A model generated the notes under the pieces. It ran no database searches and had not been told where the DNA came from. It was given only the letters and a program-made list of their open reading frames with translations. A stretch of DNA of 62,004 nt from Arcobacter sp. Its GTDB lineage: Bacteria > Campylobacterota > Campylobacteria > Campylobacterales > Sulfurimonadaceae. The stretch covers positions 109,298 through 171,301 of the forward strand of contig NVXJ01000001.1 of assembly GCA_002733885.1 (NCBI GenBank), written 5' to 3'. This document shows positions 36,254-46,848 of this stretch, one piece after another. Position numbers and translations under genes: made by a program. Every line of letters starts with the position of its first letter. Position 1 is the first letter of the stretch.

Positions 36254-38560
36254 TTAGTAATATCCATATCCATGTTTTTCTTGTCGTTTTAGTTTAATCC
36301 CATGATAAATAATTCCTGCAAATTCAATCTGGTAATTTTTCAAAATCTCTTTTAACTGTGGAATACATTTACGACTTGAGTAGTCTGCCATAATACTAAA
36401 CAGTACAATATCAACTTTTTTCATTAGAATTGTAGCATCAGTAACTATAGAGTATGGAGGTGTATCAATTAAAATATAGTCATAACTTTTTGATAGTGTT
36501 TTTAGTAACAAGTCCATTTCCTCAGACATAATTAATTCTGATGGGTTAGGAGGAGTAGGGCCTGCTGAAATTATTTCAATATTATCTTTTGTTCGTTGAA
36601 GACACTCTTGTAAATTATTTTGTCCTGATAAAAGCATACTTAAACCTATATCATTAGTAATACCCTTAAAATATTTATGCAAGCTAGGTCGACGTAAATC
36701 AAGGTCAAGTACTATTACCTTTTTATTTAATTTAACTAACATTACAGCCATGTTTTTAATGGTTGTTGACTTACCTTCCCCTGAAATGGAGGATGCGACA
36801 AGTACTGTTTTAGATGGTTTATCTGTATTTATAAACTCCAAATTTGTACGTAATATACGAAAAGCTTCTTCATAGCTTGTGGCTTGTACTTTTTTCTTAT
36901 TATAAGGAATTTTTCCATATATAGGAATAGGACTTCTTTTTTCTATTTCTTCTATATTGCTAATAACATTATTTATAGATGCACGAATAAAAGCAATAAT
37001 CACACCTATTATTAAACCTAGCAAAGCACCCATTAATAGCATTCTCATTTTCTTTGGAGCATAAGGTCGCATAGGTAAGGTTGCTGGGTCCATTAAACGA
37101 GCTTGCGATAATGTAGATGAATTTAATATTGCTGTTTCTACTCTTCTTTTCAATAAAAATGAATAAATTTCCTGATTTACCGATGAGTTTCGAGTCAATT
37201 CTCCTAATTCTCTCTCTTGTTCAGGTAGTTTTGTCAATGATGCCTGCCTCACCTTAAGTTCTCTTCTTAAATATTCCTTACGTGTTTTAATAGTTTTTAT
37301 ACCTAGAACAACCGTTGCTTGAATGTTTTTTCTTAAATTAAATACTTCTTCATTTAATTTTATAACTTCAGGATGGAATTCTGTCACAGAGACTAACATA
37401 CTTCTTCGATTAGTTAAAGCCGTTTGATAGTTGATAATAAGTTCATTTAAATTCGTAGCTGTTGTCTCCAATGATTGAACCGTTAAACCTGTTAAATCAT
37501 CATTTTCATCAATATATTCTTTTAAGTTTTCTAATATACTTTCTTCAGAAGATAAAGAGCTTATCTCAGTACCAATTTTTTCAACATTTTTACTTACCAT
37601 TGCAGCTTTAATATCTAAGCTCAAAAGATTATTTTTTTGTTTAAATCCTTGTAGAACTTTTTCAGATTTACTTAGTGTTTTGTTAATATTATCCAGTTGT
37701 TTATCTATAAAGGCTAAAGATCTTTCAGTAGAAGACTTTTTTTGGTCCACAGAATCTTGAATATATGCTGTTGTTATCCCATCAACAATATCTTTTGCTC
37801 TTAGAGCAACAGTATCATCAAAACGAACAAAAATATTTGAGCTATACTTTGCATCTTGCTCCGTTGATAAATTATTTTGAATATATCCAACCATATTTCT
37901 ATTATCTATATAACTAAAGAAATATTCTAATGAATTGAGCTCACGAACTTTAATGACTTTAAGTTGAAAATACTTTGAAATAACATCTTCTCCAAACTTG
38001 TGGATTCCCTTATACTCAATATATACTTTCTGCTTTCCAAAAAGTAATCTTGTAAAATAATCTATATTTATTTTAATTTTTGTTTTATAACTTAATTCAT
38101 AGGTTTCACCATCGATAGCACGTATTTTAAGTTTTTTTTCTAAAAGATTATATTCCATAAAAGTAACATTGACAACTAAAGGAGATTTTTTATACAGTTC
38201 TACAAGCCTATAGTTTTTTTCTTTGTAGTAACGAGTTCCTAATTCTAAATTCTCTAGCATCTTGGAAATAAGATATCCTGAACTCATAATAGAATCAATA
38301 TTTTGCCCTTGTGAATCACCAAGCCCGAGAGCTGTCAGTACGGGATCATTCCATCCACTTCGTCCTTTTTCAGAAATTTGCACAACTGCAGTTGAAAAAT
38401 ACATAGAAGGTTTGAAGTAAGCCATTATCCCTGAAATGATTATAAATACAACTACAATAAAGGCAATAGATTTATTATATTTTTTAATAATGTATAAAGC
38501 TTGCTGTATATCAAAACTTTCTTCGTCAGCTTCCATATTTTTTGTTATATTACTATCCAT
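36254..38560 (-). CDS. wzc: polysaccharide co-polymerase / BY-tyrosine autokinase (Wzc/Etk/ExoP type)
   Basis: N-terminal TM, a long coiled-coil periplasmic region and a second TM (LLMGALLGLIIGVIIAFI). Kinase domain with Walker A SSISGEGKSTT, VLDLDLRRP and IDTPP. Tyr-rich tail KHGYGYY. Confidence 0.92.
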   Translation of the reverse strand: MDSNITKNMEADEESFDIQQALYIIKKYNKSIAFIVVVFIIISGIMAYFKPSMYFSTAVVQISEKGRSGWNDPVLTALGLGDSQGQNIDSIMSSGYLISKMLENLELGTRYYKEKNYRLVELYKKSPLVVNVTFMEYNLLEKKLKIRAIDGETYELSYKTKIKINIDYFTRLLFGKQKVYIEYKGIHKFGEDVISKYFQLKVIKVRELNSLEYFFSYIDNRNMVGYIQNNLSTEQDAKYSSNIFVRFDDTVALRAKDIVDGITTAYIQDSVDQKKSSTERSLAFIDKQLDNINKTLSKSEKVLQGFKQKNNLLSLDIKAAMVSKNVEKIGTEISSLSSEESILENLKEYIDENDDLTGLTVQSLETTATNLNELIINYQTALTNRRSMLVSVTEFHPEVIKLNEEVFNLRKNIQATVVLGIKTIKTRKEYLRRELKVRQASLTKLPEQERELGELTRNSSVNQEIYSFLLKRRVETAILNSSTLSQARLMDPATLPMRPYAPKKMRMLLMGALLGLIIGVIIAFIRASINNVISNIEEIEKRSPIPIYGKIPYNKKKVQATSYEEAFRILRTNLEFINTDKPSKTVLVASSISGEGKSTTIKNMAVMLVKLNKKVIVLDLDLRRPSLHKYFKGITNDIGLSMLLSGQNNLQECLQRTKDNIEIISAGPTPPNPSELIMSEEMDLLLKTLSKSYDYILIDTPPYSIVTDATILMKKVDIVLFSIMADYSSRKCIPQLKEILKNYQIEFAGIIYHGIKLKRQEKHGYGYY

Positions 38561-38571
38561 TTCTACAATTC

Positions 38572-39366
38572 CTAGTTATTACTATTTTTAAGTGTATCAA
38601 TTAGAACAAATGGTGTAAGAATTCCACTTATTAAACTAAATGGTGGTAGTACCTCTTGTGTAAACAGTTGCATCCCTTTTGCAGATCTCGGTTGAACATA
38701 TACAATATCTTTATCTCTTAAATATAAACTACTTAAACTTAATGCCGACATATTTGTCAAGTCTATTATACGTACTTCTGGTTTGCGTAAGTCACCCCTA
38801 AGAACAACAATATGCGTACGCATTGCCCAGTCAGTCATGTCCCCACTTCGTGCAATTGCTTCTATAAGGTTCATTGTTCCATTGGTAATGGGGATAACTC
38901 CTGGTTTATTTACTTCACCAATCATTATAATTCTTTGGTTTCTTATTCGAACAATTGCGTATGGATTTCGTAAATAAATTTTATATTCTTCCATTAAATA
39001 CTTTGCCGCTTGATCTTCAGTCATACCTTCCAACTTAACAGGTCCAATAAGAGGCAGGTTAATCGTACCATCTGCTGTAACTAAAAAACCTTCTGTCTCA
39101 CCTCTTTGTCCTCCTTGACCAGATGATCTTTGGTCAACTATAGATGTTATCTGTTGGGATGAACCAATTTGATTAAAAACTTCAATTGATACCCTATCAT
39201 TGGGTTGAATTTTATATTCAAAAGTTACTTCTTCATTATATTGTGCATCTGAGATAACCGTAGATTCTGCACTGTTTTGGTCCCCTTGAAAGAGTCTATA
39301 TTCTTTTAAACTACACCCCGAACTCAATATGAATAATGCCATTAATATAATATTCATTAACTTCAT
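38572..39366 (-). CDS. wza: outer-membrane polysaccharide export lipoprotein (Wza/OPX family, short form)
   Basis: Lipobox LFILSSGC. Poly_export motif YKIQPNDRVSIEVF...DGTINLPLIGPVKLEGMT..QAA. SLBB-like IIMIGEVNKPGVIPI. Confidence 0.88.
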   Translation of the reverse strand: MKLMNIILMALFILSSGCSLKEYRLFQGDQNSAESTVISDAQYNEEVTFEYKIQPNDRVSIEVFNQIGSSQQITSIVDQRSSGQGGQRGETEGFLVTADGTINLPLIGPVKLEGMTEDQAAKYLMEEYKIYLRNPYAIVRIRNQRIIMIGEVNKPGVIPITNGTMNLIEAIARSGDMTDWAMRTHIVVLRGDLRKPEVRIIDLTNMSALSLSSLYLRDKDIVYVQPRSAKGMQLFTQEVLPPFSLISGILTPFVLIDTLKNSNN

Positions 39367-39526
39367 TGTCTTCCCCTAAACACTTAATTCTTAAGATAGA
39401 TTTTTGCAATTATACTTTAATGAAGAGTATAAATAGATTAAATGCAGAGGGAATTTTGAAATTTATAATGAAGAATTGTTATTTTATGTTTCAAGAGTAG
39501 AGTGCTTGGAGCACTCCAATTAAAAT

Positions 39527-40849
39527 TTATACACCGATTTGAAAGTACTCAAATCCTAACTCATTCATACGAATTTTATCAAATTGGTTACGACCGTCAA
39601 AAAAGATCTTAGTTTTTAAAAGTTTACTTATCTCATCAAAGTCAGGACTTCTAAATTCTTGCCATTCAGTCACAAGAATTACTGCATCAGCGTCTTTTAG
39701 TGCCTCATATTTTGAATCTACATAAGAAGTATTTTTATTATCTTTTAGATAGTGAGATTCTGCTTCATGACGTGCCTTTGGATCATAAGCAACAATTTTT
39801 GCCCCGGCTGCTGTTAATTCATTAATTATAGTTATAGAAGAGGCCTCACGCATATCATCTGTTTCTGGTTTAAAAGCAAGTCCCCAAACCGCAAAGGTCT
39901 TACCCTTTAAATCTTTTCCAAATCTATCAAAGACCTTTCTTGAAATAACAGATTTTTGATCATAATTTACAGCTTCTACTGCATCTAAAATACGAGGTGT
40001 GTATCCAAAGTCTTTTGAGGTTTTAGCTAAGGCTTGAACATCTTTAGGAAAACAGCTTCCACCATATCCACATCCTGGGTATATAAAGCTATATCCTATA
40101 CGTGAATCAGAACCAATTCCATTTCTTACCTTATTGATATCAGCACCTACAAGTTCACATATATTTGAAATTTCATTCATAAAAGAAATTTTTGTTGCAA
40201 GCATTGCATTAGCTGTATATTTAGTCATCTCAGCTGATTTAATATCCATACTAATAAATCTATCATGATTCTTCATAAATGGCGCGTATAAATCATGCAT
40301 AATCTGCATAGCTTTTTCACTATCAGCTCCAATTACAACACGATCAGGATGCATAAAGTCTTGAATCGCCGCACCCTCTTTTAAAAATTCAGGATTAGAA
40401 ACTACATCAAATTTCAAGTCTGAACCACGCTTATCTAATTCAGCTTGAATGGTAGCAGTAACCTTATCTGCTGTACCTACAGGCACGGTTGACTTATCAA
40501 CAACTACTATATACTCTTGCATATGTTCACCTATACTTTTAGCAACTGCTAAAACGTATTGTAAGTCAGCCGAGCCATCTTCTCCCATAGGTGTACCAAC
40601 AGCAATAAAAGAGATACTTGTATTCGCCACAGCATTTTTAATATCAGTAGTAAAAGTTAGGCTTTCTTTTTTGTAATTTTCTAGAACCATCTCTTCTAAA
40701 CCTGGTTCATAAATAGGAATAACACCCTCTTTTAGACTTTGAACTTTCTTCTCATCTATGTCTACACAAATAACACTATTTCCCATTTGCGCGAAACATG
40801 TTCCTGATACTAAGCCTACGTAGCCTGTTCCAATTACTGATATTTTCAT
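39527..40849 (-). CDS. ugd: UDP-glucose 6-dehydrogenase
   Basis: [47 protein letters not shown]. Confidence 0.95.
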   Translation of the reverse strand: MKISVIGTGYVGLVSGTCFAQMGNSVICVDIDEKKVQSLKEGVIPIYEPGLEEMVLENYKKESLTFTTDIKNAVANTSISFIAVGTPMGEDGSADLQYVLAVAKSIGEHMQEYIVVVDKSTVPVGTADKVTATIQAELDKRGSDLKFDVVSNPEFLKEGAAIQDFMHPDRVVIGADSEKAMQIMHDLYAPFMKNHDRFISMDIKSAEMTKYTANAMLATKISFMNEISNICELVGADINKVRNGIGSDSRIGYSFIYPGCGYGGSCFPKDVQALAKTSKDFGYTPRILDAVEAVNYDQKSVISRKVFDRFGKDLKGKTFAVWGLAFKPETDDMREASSITIINELTAAGAKIVAYDPKARHEAESHYLKDNKNTSYVDSKYEALKDADAVILVTEWQEFRSPDFDEISKLLKTKIFFDGRNQFDKIRMNELGFEYFQIGV

Positions 40850-40964
40850 TTAATTCCTTATCAAGTCAATGTATTTTTGTTGAAGCTATTTAGCAAATTT
40901 GACTCGAGTGTATAATCTATTGTCTTATTTTAACAAGATAAAGCTTAGTCTAGATAGTTTTTAT

Positions 40965-42161
40965 CTATATTTTTACGTTTTTAAATATCTCAATTGCATC
41001 TAATTTTTCCCAAGGATAGTCACTTTGACCAACCTGTCCACGGGCTGCAACATCTGCGTAAAGGAAGGTTTCTTCTGAAGGTTTATCTAAACCAAATTTT
41101 TCAGTAATCCAACGTGGAGTCAGAGGAAAGGTATTTAAAACAAAGTTAGATAATTTTTCATCATCTATATTTCCTGTACCCATAGTATCAACGGTAACAG
41201 ATACTGGTTTAGCAACACCAATTGCATAAGACAGTTGTATAATCGCCTTTTTAGATAGTCCCGCTGCCACAATATTTTTGGCTAACCATCTAGCTGCATA
41301 TAATCCTGATCTATCTACCTTAGTATAATCTTTTGAAGACTGAGCACCACCACCAATTGGCGCGTATCCTCCAAAACTATCTACAATAAGTTTTCTACCC
41401 GTTAAACCCGAGTCATGTAAAGGTGAATGAGAAACATATTTTCCTGTTGGATTAATATGAATAATACAGTCATCTGGATTGAAGAGATTTGTTGGAAGTG
41501 CTGCATCTAAAATTAATCCCATAATAAGCTCTCTAACCTCATCTATATTCATACTGTTTACACAAGGTGCGGATACAACAATTGTATGGATTGATTGAGG
41601 CTTACAGTTTTCAAAATTTTCTTTTGTTACATAATCCATGGTTACTTGCGTCTTAATATCCACTCCAAGCTTATGGTTATGCTCTAAGGCATAATGATAA
41701 ACTTTTTCCATTAAGGTTCTTGCATAGGTAATCGCAGAAGGCATATAATCAGCACTTTCAATGTCTGCGTAACCAAACATAATACCTTGATCCCCCGCAC
41801 CTATTTCACCATCTTCTTGATCAACCCCTTGATTTATCTCTGGAGATTGACGATTAAGTAATACTTGAACTTCTACATCATCAGGATGCAAACACTCTTC
41901 TCTAGTAAATGCGGCCTTACCGTCATAACCTATCTTAGCCAAGGCATCTAATACAATTTTTTTATATCCATCTATATCAACCTTTGCTTTTGTTGTGACT
42001 TCCCCACCAATGATAACATGCTTTCCTGCTACAAAAACCTCTGAGGCAACGCGAGACGTTGGGTCTTCCATAATAAGCTTATCAACTATGCTATCGGCGA
42101 TAATATCAGCACACTTATCGGGGTGACCTGGACTTACTACTTCTGATGTAAAAAGATACAT
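40965..42161 (-). CDS. metK: S-adenosylmethionine synthetase
   Basis: LFTSEVVSPGHPDKCADIIADSIVD, GAGDQGIMFGYA, GGGAQSSKDYTKVDRSGLYAARW. Confidence 0.96.
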   Translation of the reverse strand: MYLFTSEVVSPGHPDKCADIIADSIVDKLIMEDPTSRVASEVFVAGKHVIIGGEVTTKAKVDIDGYKKIVLDALAKIGYDGKAAFTREECLHPDDVEVQVLLNRQSPEINQGVDQEDGEIGAGDQGIMFGYADIESADYMPSAITYARTLMEKVYHYALEHNHKLGVDIKTQVTMDYVTKENFENCKPQSIHTIVVSAPCVNSMNIDEVRELIMGLILDAALPTNLFNPDDCIIHINPTGKYVSHSPLHDSGLTGRKLIVDSFGGYAPIGGGAQSSKDYTKVDRSGLYAARWLAKNIVAAGLSKKAIIQLSYAIGVAKPVSVTVDTMGTGNIDDEKLSNFVLNTFPLTPRWITEKFGLDKPSEETFLYADVAARGQVGQSDYPWEKLDAIEIFKNVKI

Positions 42162-42268
42162 TTAAATTTCCTATTATAAAGTTTATTATTTTATGACTTA
42201 TACAAAAAAACTGTTAAGAGAGTGTTGAATTTAAGAAAGGTAAAACAATATTGAGACAAGACTGTAAC

Positions 42269-42298
42269 AGATAGAAGCATTTGCTTCTTATCTTTTTT
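42269..42298 (+). terminator. terminator-like hairpin with T6 tail, oriented on the plus strand between two minus-strand genes
   Basis: agatagaagca (42269-42279) pairs with tgcttct(t)atct (42282-42293): 11 bp with one bulge. It is followed by T-run 42293-42298, which overlaps the galE stop codon. Confidence 0.3.
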
Positions 42299-43322
42299 AA
42301 CTAATTGATTTTTCCCAAGCTAAAGCAGTTTGACATATGAGTTTTATATCATCAAATTTAGGTTCCCAATGTAAAACTTTTTTTGTTTTAGAATTATCTG
42401 AAATTAAGATAGCCGGATCACCCATACGGCGAGGTTCTTTATCAACCTGAAAATCTACACCTGAAACTTCTTTCATCGTATTAATAACTTCTGCCACTGA
42501 AAAACCATGTCCATAACCAACATTAAAAATATCAGGTGAAACTTTATCTTCTTTTTCTAAATATACTAAGGCCTTTAAATGCGCGGAGGCAAGATCGTCA
42601 ACGTGAATATAATCTCTCTCACAGGTCCCATCTTTTGTTTCATAATCTTCACCAAATAAAGACATCTTATCTCTTGAACCTAAAGCAGTTTGAGCAGCAA
42701 CCTTAATTAAATGCGTTGCATTTGGAAAACTTTGTCCAATTCTGTTTTGAGTATCTGCCCCTGCCACATTGAAGTATCTAAGTATAACTGCGTCAAAATT
42801 ATCATGAGCATTACAGGTATCCGTAATCACCTGTTCACTCATCAGTTTTGACCAACCGTAAGGATTAATAGGGGCCTTAGCTGTTGTTTCTTTAACAGGT
42901 ATCTCTTTAGCATCTCCATACACAGCTGCCGTAGAAGAAAAAATCATCTTAGCAACACCATGCTTTACACACATATTAATAATATTTGTTGTATTCACTG
43001 TATTATTCATATAATATTTCAAAGGATTTTCAACAGATTCTGGAACGACAATACTAGCAGCAAAATGAATTAGGGCATCAAAATCATTTTCTGAAAATAT
43101 CTTATCAATATTTACAAAGTCGGCTAAATCAGCTTGTATAAAATTAAAGCTTCTATTTCCTCTTTTATTGTCCGTAAAAATATCTTCTAAGCTTTTTATA
43201 GTTTCATCATGTCCTGTAGATAAATTATCCAAAATTGTAACCGTATTATCCGTATCTTCAAGTAATTGTTTAACAACATGTGACCCTATATACCCGGCTC
43301 CGCCTGTAACTAATATATGCAT
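42297..43322 (-). CDS. galE: UDP-glucose 4-epimerase
   Basis: ILVTGGAGYIGSH, SSTAAVYG, PYGWSKLM, RYFNVAGA. Confidence 0.93.
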   Translation of the reverse strand: MHILVTGGAGYIGSHVVKQLLEDTDNTVTILDNLSTGHDETIKSLEDIFTDNKRGNRSFNFIQADLADFVNIDKIFSENDFDALIHFAASIVVPESVENPLKYYMNNTVNTTNIINMCVKHGVAKMIFSSTAAVYGDAKEIPVKETTAKAPINPYGWSKLMSEQVITDTCNAHDNFDAVILRYFNVAGADTQNRIGQSFPNATHLIKVAAQTALGSRDKMSLFGEDYETKDGTCERDYIHVDDLASAHLKALVYLEKEDKVSPDIFNVGYGHGFSVAEVINTMKEVSGVDFQVDKEPRRMGDPAILISDNSKTKKVLHWEPKFDDIKLICQTALAWEKSIS

Positions 43323-44527
43323 TATTTTTTCCTCATCTTTTCTTTTAAAATAATTTTTCCCATCTCAACACCCGGTTGATCGTAAGCGTTAATATCTAAC
43401 ATTTGAGCTACTAAGGCCGTAAGAAGCTCATAATAATAAATCAACTCCCCAATAGTTTGTTCATTTACCTTATCAACTTCTATCACATCTAAGGGAATAA
43501 ATTCTAAAGATTCTAAAGATTCTATCATTGCGTCCGCTTGCATGTTAATAAGTTCTTCAAAACCATATCCATTTAGGATGTCTAGCTTCTCAAGAGCAGG
43601 AAGTGTAATATCGGGAATTTTTATACTATTTTCAAAGTCTTTAATTTTTATCACCGTCACTGTCTTATCTCTTTTTCCATCTACAATGAGTTGTAAAAAA
43701 GAATGTTGATCTGTTGGTCCAATAAGTCCAACGGGAGTAAGTCCCACATGTAGCTGAGAATTTCTTTGCTGTTTACCTAAGCTCTCTCCCCACAACTGAA
43801 CATACCAAGCATTAAATTCTCTAAAAGCTTCTGAGTATGAAAATAAACAGTTGATATTGTAAGCATTACTTACTTGAGCATAATATGTAGCCTTAGTTAA
43901 AAGCTTTTCACAATACCCGTGATTATTAAAAAATGAGTCTTTAACCCCTCTGGCCCCTTCTAAAAGTGCGTCAATATCAACACCGATAATGGCCAAAGGA
44001 ACTAAGCCAACTGCAGATAAGACAGAAAACCTTCCCCCCACATTAGCCGGCATATTAAAAACTTTAATGCCGTAAGAAGCAGCAAACTTCTCTAAATCTG
44101 AAGAAGGGTCTGTAATCACTGCATAGTTTTCTTTACAAATTGGAACAAAACTTTGCAAATATTTTAAAGCAGCAATAGTTTCTACCGTAGCACCCGATTT
44201 TGACACAACAATAATAAGCGCATCATCTAAATCAATTTGTTCTACCTTCTGCTTTAAAACCAAAGGATCTGTTGTATCTATAAAATGTAAATTTTTCTCA
44301 AAGCTTTGACCTAGGCCTAAAAAGTGATAAATAGCTAAGGTACCTAAGGCAGATCCACCAATACCTACAACAACGATATCTTTTTGCTTAACATTCTTAG
44401 CGTAAGACTTATACTCACTAGTATCAGCATCTGGCAAATGATAAAAACCAATTTCTTCACTTTCTTTAGAAAGCACTGAGGCAAATTCTTCATTGATTTT
44501 AGTACTAAAAAAAAGTCTGTTATTCAT
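43322..44527 (-). CDS. pgi: glucose-6-phosphate isomerase (short epsilonproteobacterial type)
   Basis: VVVGIGGSALG, VVSKSGATVET, GGRFSVLSAVGL, TDQHSFLQL. The start is taken at MNNRLFF (44527). Confidence 0.9.
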   Translation of the reverse strand: MNNRLFFSTKINEEFASVLSKESEEIGFYHLPDADTSEYKSYAKNVKQKDIVVVGIGGSALGTLAIYHFLGLGQSFEKNLHFIDTTDPLVLKQKVEQIDLDDALIIVVSKSGATVETIAALKYLQSFVPICKENYAVITDPSSDLEKFAASYGIKVFNMPANVGGRFSVLSAVGLVPLAIIGVDIDALLEGARGVKDSFFNNHGYCEKLLTKATYYAQVSNAYNINCLFSYSEAFREFNAWYVQLWGESLGKQQRNSQLHVGLTPVGLIGPTDQHSFLQLIVDGKRDKTVTVIKIKDFENSIKIPDITLPALEKLDILNGYGFEELINMQADAMIESLESLEFIPLDVIEVDKVNEQTIGELIYYYELLTALVAQMLDINAYDQPGVEMGKIILKEKMRKK

Positions 44528-44608
44528 AATAATCCATTTAAATTTGTGAAATATTATCATATATCACTTGAAGTAAAGATAATAAAAGTCTTTACTTTTA
44601 CTTATAAG

Positions 44609-44637
44609 CTTGACATGTTTCATTATATAGTATAAAA
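44609..44637 (+). promoter_or_regulatory. candidate sigma-70 promoter for rho (TTGACA-17 nt-TAAAAT)
   Basis: TTGACA at 44609-44614, a 17-nt spacer, TAAAAT at 44632-44637, about 78 nt upstream of the rho ATG. Confidence 0.45.
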
Positions 44638-44715
44638 TGTCATTATATTTATAGATAGACCTTCTATCAGCACAAACGCTGACTCACCTTTTAAAATCCC
44701 CAAAACAGAGGCAAT

Positions 44716-46032
44716 ATGAGCGAAAACTCTAGCAAAAAAAAGAATAACAACAGAACCCATGTACCCGCACAAGGCTTTACAATTGACGATCTTCGTGCTA
44801 AACCCCTAGATGCCCTTATTGTTATTGCAGATGATTTAAAGGTTGAACATCCTAATGAATTAAAACGTCAAGACCTTTTATTTGAAATTTTAAAGGCACA
44901 AACGACTAAGGGTGGATTTATCCTTTTCACAGGTATTCTTGAAATTATGCAAGATGGATATGGCTTCTTACGTGGGACAGATACAAGTTTCTCTGATTCT
45001 GTGAATGATGCTTATGTTTCAAGCACACAGATTAAAAGATTTGCACTTAGAAATGGAGATGTTGTAACAGGTCAGGTTCGTCCTCCTAAAGAGCAAGAGC
45101 GTTATTACGCCCTACTTAAGATAGAAGCGATTAATTACCTTCCACCTGAAGAAAGTAAAAAGCGTCCACTTTTTGAAAACCTTACACCATTATATGCTCA
45201 AGATCAAATTAAACTTGAGTATAAAAAAGACAATCTAACAGGACGTATGTTAGACATGTTCTCTCCTATTGGGAAGGGACAACGTGGTCTTATTGTTGCA
45301 CCTCCTCGCTCAGGTAAAACAGAGCTTATGAAAGAACTCGCTCATGGTATTACGCACAACCATCCTGAAATTGATTTAATGGTTCTTCTTGTTGATGAAC
45401 GCCCTGAGGAAGTTACGGATATGGAGCGTTCTGTTAAGGGTGAGGTTTATAACTCTACCTTTGACCAACCTGCAAAAAACCATGTAAAAGTTGCCGAAAT
45501 GGTAATTGAACGTGCTAAACGTAAGGTTGAAATGGGAAAAGATGTTGTTATCTTACTTGATTCAATCACAAGACTAGCTCGTGCTTACAATACAGCAACA
45601 CCTTCTTCAGGTAAGGTGCTTTCTGGTGGTGTTGATGCCAATGCACTTCATAAACCAAAACGCTTTTTTGGTGCAGCAAGAAATATCGAATTTGGTGGCT
45701 CTTTAACTATCATTGCAACCGCTCTTATTGAAACAGGTAGCCGTATGGATGAAGTTATTTTTGAAGAGTTCAAGGGTACAGGTAACTCAGAGATTGTACT
45801 TAGTCGTCATATTGCTGAACGTCGTATCTATCCTGCGATGGACCTTCTAAAATCAGGAACACGTAAAGAAGAACTACTTATTCCCGAAGATAAACTTAAA
45901 AAAATCTATGTACTTCGTTCAATGCTTCATAAACAAGAAAATGAAATGAAGGCGCTTCAATTTATCTTTGGTCAGCTTAAGAAGACTAAAGACAATGATG
46001 AGTTTTTTGCAATGATGAACGAAGGTCAATAG
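44716..46032 (+). CDS. rho: transcription termination factor Rho
   Basis: N-terminal RNA-binding [14 protein letters not shown], Walker [46 protein letters not shown]. Confidence 0.98.
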   Translation: MSENSSKKKNNNRTHVPAQGFTIDDLRAKPLDALIVIADDLKVEHPNELKRQDLLFEILKAQTTKGGFILFTGILEIMQDGYGFLRGTDTSFSDSVNDAYVSSTQIKRFALRNGDVVTGQVRPPKEQERYYALLKIEAINYLPPEESKKRPLFENLTPLYAQDQIKLEYKKDNLTGRMLDMFSPIGKGQRGLIVAPPRSGKTELMKELAHGITHNHPEIDLMVLLVDERPEEVTDMERSVKGEVYNSTFDQPAKNHVKVAEMVIERAKRKVEMGKDVVILLDSITRLARAYNTATPSSGKVLSGGVDANALHKPKRFFGAARNIEFGGSLTIIATALIETGSRMDEVIFEEFKGTGNSEIVLSRHIAERRIYPAMDLLKSGTRKEELLIPEDKLKKIYVLRSMLHKQENEMKALQFIFGQLKKTKDNDEFFAMMNEGQ

Positions 46033-46039
46033 TCCTTTT

Positions 46040-46783
46040 ATGAAAGTAGGTGTATTTGACAGTGGTGTTGGTGGACTAACCGTTGTAAAAAGTTTATTAG
46101 AACATAAACTTTTTGAAGAAATTATCTACTTTGGAGACACTGCTAGAGTCCCTTATGGTATCAAAGATAAAAATACGGTTACTCGTTATTCCCTCGAAGC
46201 TCTAGAGTTTTTTAAAAACTTTGAGATAGACCTACTTATCACCGCCTGTAATACTGTCAGCGCATATTCTCTAAATGAACTAAAAGAAGCAGCTCCCTTT
46301 GATGTAGTGGGTGTTGTAGAACCAGGTATCCTCGCCTTAGAAAATACCGTAGAAGATAAAAATGCAAATATCCTCATTATAGGAACCAAGGCAACTATCA
46401 AATCAAGAGCCTATGAAAAGCCTCTAATTTCAAATCAATATTCAAATATCTCTGCCTGTGCAACAGGCCTTTTTGTTCCTATTGTAGAAGAAGGTTTATA
46501 TGAAGGAGAGGTACTTGAAAGTGCAATGCATCATTATTTTAAGGACCTTGAGCACCCTGACGCTATTATCTTAGGGTGTACCCATTTTCCACTTATTGAA
46601 AAAGCAATATCAAATTATTTTCAGGGGAATACTCAACTTATACATTCAGGAGAGGCTATTGTCGAGTACTTAGAACATCATTATGACTTTTCTAAAAAAT
46701 TCGAGAAAACAGAACTTAAACTTTTTGCTTCTGAAAATCCTGAAGCATTAAGAGCTGTTGCTAAAAAATGGTTAGACCTTTAA
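46040..46783 (+). CDS. murI: glutamate racemase
   Basis: VGVFDSGVGGLTV...YFGDTARVPYG...ACNT....GCTHFPL. Confidence 0.95.
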   Translation: MKVGVFDSGVGGLTVVKSLLEHKLFEEIIYFGDTARVPYGIKDKNTVTRYSLEALEFFKNFEIDLLITACNTVSAYSLNELKEAAPFDVVGVVEPGILALENTVEDKNANILIIGTKATIKSRAYEKPLISNQYSNISACATGLFVPIVEEGLYEGEVLESAMHHYFKDLEHPDAIILGCTHFPLIEKAISNYFQGNTQLIHSGEAIVEYLEHHYDFSKKFEKTELKLFASENPEALRAVAKKWLDL

Positions 46784-46848
46784 TTCATTAACCCCCTCTT
46801 TAATCTTCTTATGATAAACTAAAAACAATATTATTCAAGAGGCATTAC

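Noticed and set aside
42162-42296. SAM riboswitch upstream of metK
   Set aside because: The region is short and very AT-rich. It contains only the galE-proximal hairpin. No four-way-junction-like or pseudoknot-type conserved segments are recognisable.
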